DNA from: the human T2T-CHM13v2.0 reference genome, Homo sapiens
Length of the DNA stretch: 64,000 nt
Reading direction: 5' to 3' (one strand)
Assembly: GCF_009914755.1 (NCBI RefSeq)
Contig: NC_060937.1
This document shows, one piece after another, positions 59,060 to 64,000 of the stretch. The notes under the pieces are model-generated. The model was not told where the DNA came from. It saw only the letters and a list, made by a program, of their open reading frames with translations, and made no database searches. A program made the translations under genes and the position numbers. Position 1 is the first letter of the stretch; each line of letters begins with the position of its first letter.

Positions 59060-59825
59060 ACAGTATGTTAAAATAATAATCCACTATCTTCAAGCATAAT
59101 TTGTTACAGGAAATTTGTTAAGGTACATAAAAAGGTTAAGGTACATAAAAACATAAAAAGTCAATTAAGTAGGAAATATTATAGGATAATCTCAGTATAT
59201 GCTGAAGAGGAATTTGATAAAAATTTATTTCCATTCTTAATTTTAAGGTCTCTAAAAATTAGGAATAGAAGACTGTTTTTCTATAATGATGAATATCTAT
59301 CGCAACCCAAAAGGTCATATCATACTTGTATTAGGCTGTTCTTGCATTGCTTTAAAGAAATACCTGAGACTGTAATTTATAAAGGTAATTTGTAAATAAA
59401 AGAGGTTTAATTGGCTCACAGTTCTGCAGGCTTTACAGGAAGCATGGTGCTAGCATCAGCTTGGCTTCTAGGGAGGCCTCAGGAAGCTTACAATCATGGC
59501 ATAGGGTGGCAGGGGAGCAGGCATGTCACATGGCAAAAGAGGGGGCAAAGGGGGGAAGGGGGCCACACATTTTAAACAACCAGATCTCGTGTGAACTCAG
59601 AGCAAAACTCACTCATCACCAAGGAGATGGTCCCAAGCCACTCATGAGGGATCTACCCCCATGAACCAAACATCCCACCAGCCCCCATCTCCAATACTGG
59701 GGATTACAATTCAATGTGAGATCTGAATGGGAATAAATATACAATATCAACATTTAGTGGTAAAATGCCATAAGCATTTCTATTGAGCTCTAAATAAAAA
59801 GGATGCCTACTACAATAATTATACA
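59060..59825 (+). mobile_element. Old L1 ORF2 fragment split by an MST LTR
   Basis: ataatctcagtatatgctgaagaggaatttgataaaatt...ctaaaaattaggaatagaag...; resumes after 59749 with agcatttctattgag...aaggatgcctact. Confidence 0.6.
59327..59749 (-). mobile_element. MSTA-like solo LTR
   Basis: tgtattaggctgttcttgcattgct...ggctcacagttctgcaggctttacaggaagcatggtgc...ggggattacaattcaatgtgagat...atatca. Confidence 0.9.
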
Positions 59826-60524
59826 AAGTCTATTTCTTCCTTCAAACATATATATTAAGATGACAGTGGCTAGACAGTTGACCAGAGGCACCTGGCACTC
59901 ATCCTCCCTACAAGAAAGGATCAAGACAACACAAAAGCAGCTGAGATTTGACTAGAGTATTGAAGGGAGAGCACTGGAGTTCAGCAGGGGAATGAAGAGG
60001 AACCTGTGCTAATTGCAAGCCCATTGCAAGAACCTGACCTCTGTAGCCCTAGCTCTCATACCTAGGTTGACCTGGAGTCAGAAGGGACAACCCTTTGTGG
60101 GGAAAGTAAGCAGAAGAACCCTGTCGGTCCCCATTGCCACCACAAACACCTGTAGTCTTTACTATAGGAGAATCCCACAATCCTCACAAGCTCTGAGCCC
60201 AGTTTGGGGAGTTTCCAAGAATTTGAGCAGCTGTATTTTTCCACATTAGGAGTACAAGGTGTGCACTCTCCATCCCCTACCAAACCCCTGTGAGCCAAGC
60301 TGCCACAGCATGGGCCCATCTTGAGACCAGAGCCATTTCTGGAGTGCACCCTGCTCCAGGGGCCAGTAGCCACTGTACGTCTCCAGCACTGGGGTTCCAT
60401 CTTCATTATACCAGGCTCACATGAGTGGCTGAACTCCACAATCCCAGCTGTGTGGAGCCTGGGCCCAGGATCAGCTGTGTCTTTGGTCCTGCACAATCGG
60501 GTTACCAACTCCCATTGCCTGCGC

Positions 60525-61330
60525 TTCCAGCCTAAGAAGCAGTCTGGCAGTCCTACCCAGAACAAATCTACCCTTGAGCTGGCCAAACTGCTGCACACCC
60601 TCCCCTAAGAGAGAGATCCACAACCACCAAGCAACTGACACCCTCCCAGGCCAGCATAATGGATATACTTCCACACCCAGGTCTGAGAAACAGACCTGGG
60701 GCACTCTCCTCTTGCAGACATACCTCTGACCTGACCAATGGCCTATGCCTGCCTTCCATGCCTGAGAAATAGCCCCACATCTTCCACTGCCATGAACATG
60801 TCCCGAGCTTACCCAACAGCCCTGTGCCTACACTCGGGGCCTGAGAAACAGTCTTGTGGTACACCTCTGGCAAACACACCCCTAGGCTGCCAACGCAGGC
60901 TTGTGGATCTGAGAAACAGCCCAGCACGTCCACTCCTAGTGGAAACACCCCTAGCCGTGAAGGAGACACACACTTATATTCTGGGTCTGAGAAAAAACCT
61001 CAGGAGCCATCCCCATTGAAAACACCCCCAAGGCCAACCAAGCAGCCGCACACTGGCACTTACGTTCTGAGAAAAAGACATAATGGGCCCACCCCCAACA
61101 GACACACCTTTAGGTTGGCTGAGCAGATGAACACTAGCACCCAAGGCCAGAGAAACAGCCAGGCAGTCCCACCCCAGGCAGTCATGCCTCCAAGCTAGCT
61201 GAGCAGTGGCATGCCTGAGCCTCTGGCCAGAGTAACAGCCCTGTGACCCCAACCTAAGCAAGCCAGACTTCAAGTTGGCTGACCCATCATGTGTGAACAA
61301 ATGCCTTTGACTTTAGAAACACTTTAGTAA
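60525..61330 (+). repeat. Degenerate ~79-bp tandem array in the L1 5'UTR
   Basis: ctgagaaacagccc-like anchor at 60531, 60604, 60682, 60761, 60840, 60908, 60986, 61066, 61147, 61227, 61311. Confidence 0.8.
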
Positions 61331-61549
61331 ACCAACCCCCAGCAAAGCTATGCCTCCACTGCCACAATACACTACCTATGCCACTGAGACACTCACAAAC
61401 ATTACTAGCATGGATTACAGCTAGAGAAATTGCACAAAGACTATATACTACTGCATCTACCTATAATGAAACCTACCCCGCCCAACTGACGTGCCAGAAT
61501 CTACCCATAAAAATAAGTCTTTCCCTAGAAAACCTACCCCATAAAATTA

Positions 61550-61851
61550 TTTATTTTTATTTTTATTTTTTTGAGAGAATATCACTCTGTCACCCAGGCT
61601 GGAGTGCAGTGAAAAAATCTAGGCTCACTGCAGCCTCCACCTCCTGGGTTTAAGTGATTCTTCTGCCTCAGCCTCTCAAGTAACTGGGATTACAGGTGTG
61701 CACCACCATGCCTGGCTAATTTTGTATTTTTAGTACAGATGGGGTTTCACCATGTTGCCCAGGCTAGTCTTGAACTCCTGAACTCAAGTGATCCATCTGC
61801 CTCAGCCTCCCAAAGTGCTGGGATTACAGGCATGAGCCACTGCACCTGGCC
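61550..61851 (-). mobile_element. Alu (AluSz/J-like) inserted in the L1 5'UTR
   Basis: TSD ctaccccataaaatta (61534-61549) / ctatcccataaaatta (61852-61867). Confidence 0.95.
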
Positions 61852-63956
61852 CTATCCCATAAAATTAGAAGAGGTGACTATTCTAGCAGATGGATAGAAA
61901 TCAACATAGGAACACATCAAACACTAAAAATCAAGAAAACATGACCCCTCTCCAAAGGAACACAATAATTCTTTAGTAATAGGTCTCAATCATAAGAAAA
62001 TATATAAAATGTCAGAAAAAGAATTTAAAATAATGATCTTAAGGAGACTCAGGGAGATACAAGAGAATACAGACGGACAATTTAATGACATCAGAAAAAT
62101 AACATTATTTGAGTGAGAAATTCAACAGAGATAGATATCATTAAAAAAGAATGAATCAGACATTTTACAACTGAGAATTCTATGAAGGAAATAAAAAATA
62201 CAATCAACAGCTTCAACAACAGACCAGAACAAGCAGAACAAAGACTTTCTGAACTTGAAGGCATCCTTTGAAACAACAGGCAGACAAAGAAGAAGAAGAA
62301 GAGAAGACAAAGAGGAAGAAGAAGAATTATTTACAAAATTTAAAAAATAAAGCCTACAGGATTTATGGGATACCATTAAGTGAATAAATATTTGCATTAT
62401 GGGTGTTCCAGAAGAAGAAGAAAAGGAAAATATGTAGAAAATATATTTAATTTTAAAATAGCTGAAAGCTTCCCAAGTCTTGGGAGAGAGATGGACATCC
62501 AGATTCGGGAAGCTCAAATGTCCCCACATAGATTTAACTCATAAAGGTCCTCTCCAAGACACACTTTAGTCAAATTGTCAAAAGTCAAAGACAAAGAATT
62601 CTAAAAACAACAAAAGAAAGGCGTCAAGTCACATATATGGGACTCTCCACCAGACCAACACCAGATTTTTCAGAAGAAACTTTACAGACCAGGAGAGAAT
62701 AGAATGACGTATTCAATGCACTGAAAGAAAAATACTGCTAGCCAAGAATATCATACCCAGCAAAGCTATTCTTCAGAGACGAAGAGAAACAAAGTCTTTC
62801 AGAGAAGCATAAACTAATCATTAGACTTCTGTTACAAAAATGCTCAAGGGATATCTTACATCTGGAGGTGAAAAGACAATAACTACCATCATGAAAACAT
62901 GCAAAGTTATAAAAATCAATGGCAGAGCTGACACATAAAGGAGAAAGAGAAAGGAATCAAACCTTTTCACTACAGAAAAATACCCAACAGCAAAAATAAA
63001 CAATAAGAAAGTAGATAAGGAACAAAGAGTATGCAAAACAACCAGAAAACAATCAATAAAATAAAATAAAATAGAAAAATCAATAAAATGAGTAAGCTCC
63101 CACCTATCAATAATTACCTTGGATGTATATGGGCTAAATTCTCCAATTAAAAGATAAAGACTGGCTGAATGAAATAAGTAAATAAATAAAATAAAATAAA
63201 AAACCTAACTATATACTGCCTAAGGAAACTCACCTCACCTGTAAAGATAGACATAGACTGAAAGTGAAAGGATGGAAAAAAAAATATTCCACAAAAACAG
63301 GAACCAAAAGCAAGCAGGAGTAGCTATACTTAGATAAAACAGATTTCAGGTCAAAGCTGCTAAAAGAGACAAAGAAGGATATTATGTAATAGTAAAGAGA
63401 TCAATTCATCAAGAAGATATAACAACTGTAAATTCATGCATCTAACACTGGAACACAAAGATATATAAAGCAAATGTTAGATCTGAAGGGAGAGATAGGC
63501 CCCCAATGTAATAATAGTTGAGGACTTCAACACCCTACTGTCAGCATTAGAAAGAGATCATGTAGACAGAAAATGAACAAAGAAACATAAGTTTTAAACT
63601 GCACCATAGAACAAATGGACCTAACAGACATTTATAGAATATTTCACCCAACAGTTGCAGAACTTTTTATAAGCACCTGGAACATTCTCCAGGATTGGCC
63701 ATATGTTAGTACACAAAACAAGTCTCAACAAATTTTAAAATCAAAATCATATTAGGTACCTTATCTGACCACAATGAAATAAAACTAGAAATAAATAATA
63801 GGGAAACTTTGGAAATTATACCAATAAAAAAAATTAAATGACATGCTCCTGAATAACCAGTGGGTAAAGGAAGAAATTAAGGAGAAAATTGCAAAATTCC
63901 TTGAAAAAAAAATTGAAACACAACATACCAAATGCTTTGGAAAAGAGAAAAAGTAG

Positions 63957-64000
63957 TTTTTTTTGTTTTTGTTTTTGTTTTTGAAACACAGTTTCGCTCT
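63957..64000 (-). mobile_element. Alu 3' end (tail), cut by window edge
   Basis: (ttttg)n then gaaacacagtttcgctct. Confidence 0.8.

Larger units (their letters stand above)
59855..63955 (+). mobile_element. L1M (L1MA-era) 5' half: repeat-containing 5'UTR, ORF1 and ORF2 EN remnant
   Basis: aagatgacag...gaggcacctggcactc start; ORF1 remnants ~61900-62880; ORF2 from ~63088 (ggctaaattctccaattaaaaga; gaggacttcaacaccc; tctgaccac). Confidence 0.85.

Noticed and set aside
60525-61330. CRISPR-like periodic anchors
   Set aside because: Eukaryotic context, degenerate anchors, intervening sequences homologous to each other, lies inside an L1 5'UTR, no cas genes

Overview
AT-rich primate (human/ape-like) non-coding DNA dominated by transposable elements. 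It holds several large L1s: a full-length antisense L1PB nested in an L1PA15/16 3' fragment, a near-full-length L1MA4/5-like copy, a full-length L1PA6-like copy, internally deleted L1MD and L1MA3-like copies, and an L1M 5' half at the window end. There are also about 13 Alu/FLAM copies, MaLR LTRs (THE1, MST, MLT1), MER21-type LTRs, an ERVL integrase remnant, CR1/L3, MIR, L2, hAT MITEs (MER3, MER5) and a TIR-bounded Tc2/pogo (Kanga-like) element. No intact protein-coding gene, structural RNA gene or CRISPR array is supported; the longer ORFs are decayed L1 ORF1/ORF2 pieces or chance frames. The most interesting signals are mechanistic fossils: (1) a full-length L1PA6 whose target-site duplication also encloses a half-inverted Alu upstream, suggesting 5' transduction plus twin priming; (2) a ~134-bp polyadenylated, TSD-flanked retrocopy of an LTR-like 3' end; (3) several perfect hairpins inside otherwise decayed LTRs, suggesting template switching; (4) a locally templated insertion; (5) an unexplained diverged ~130-bp direct repeat. 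Subfamily names come from recall of consensus sequences by eye and need RepeatMasker/Dfam confirmation; boundaries of old repeats are approximate.
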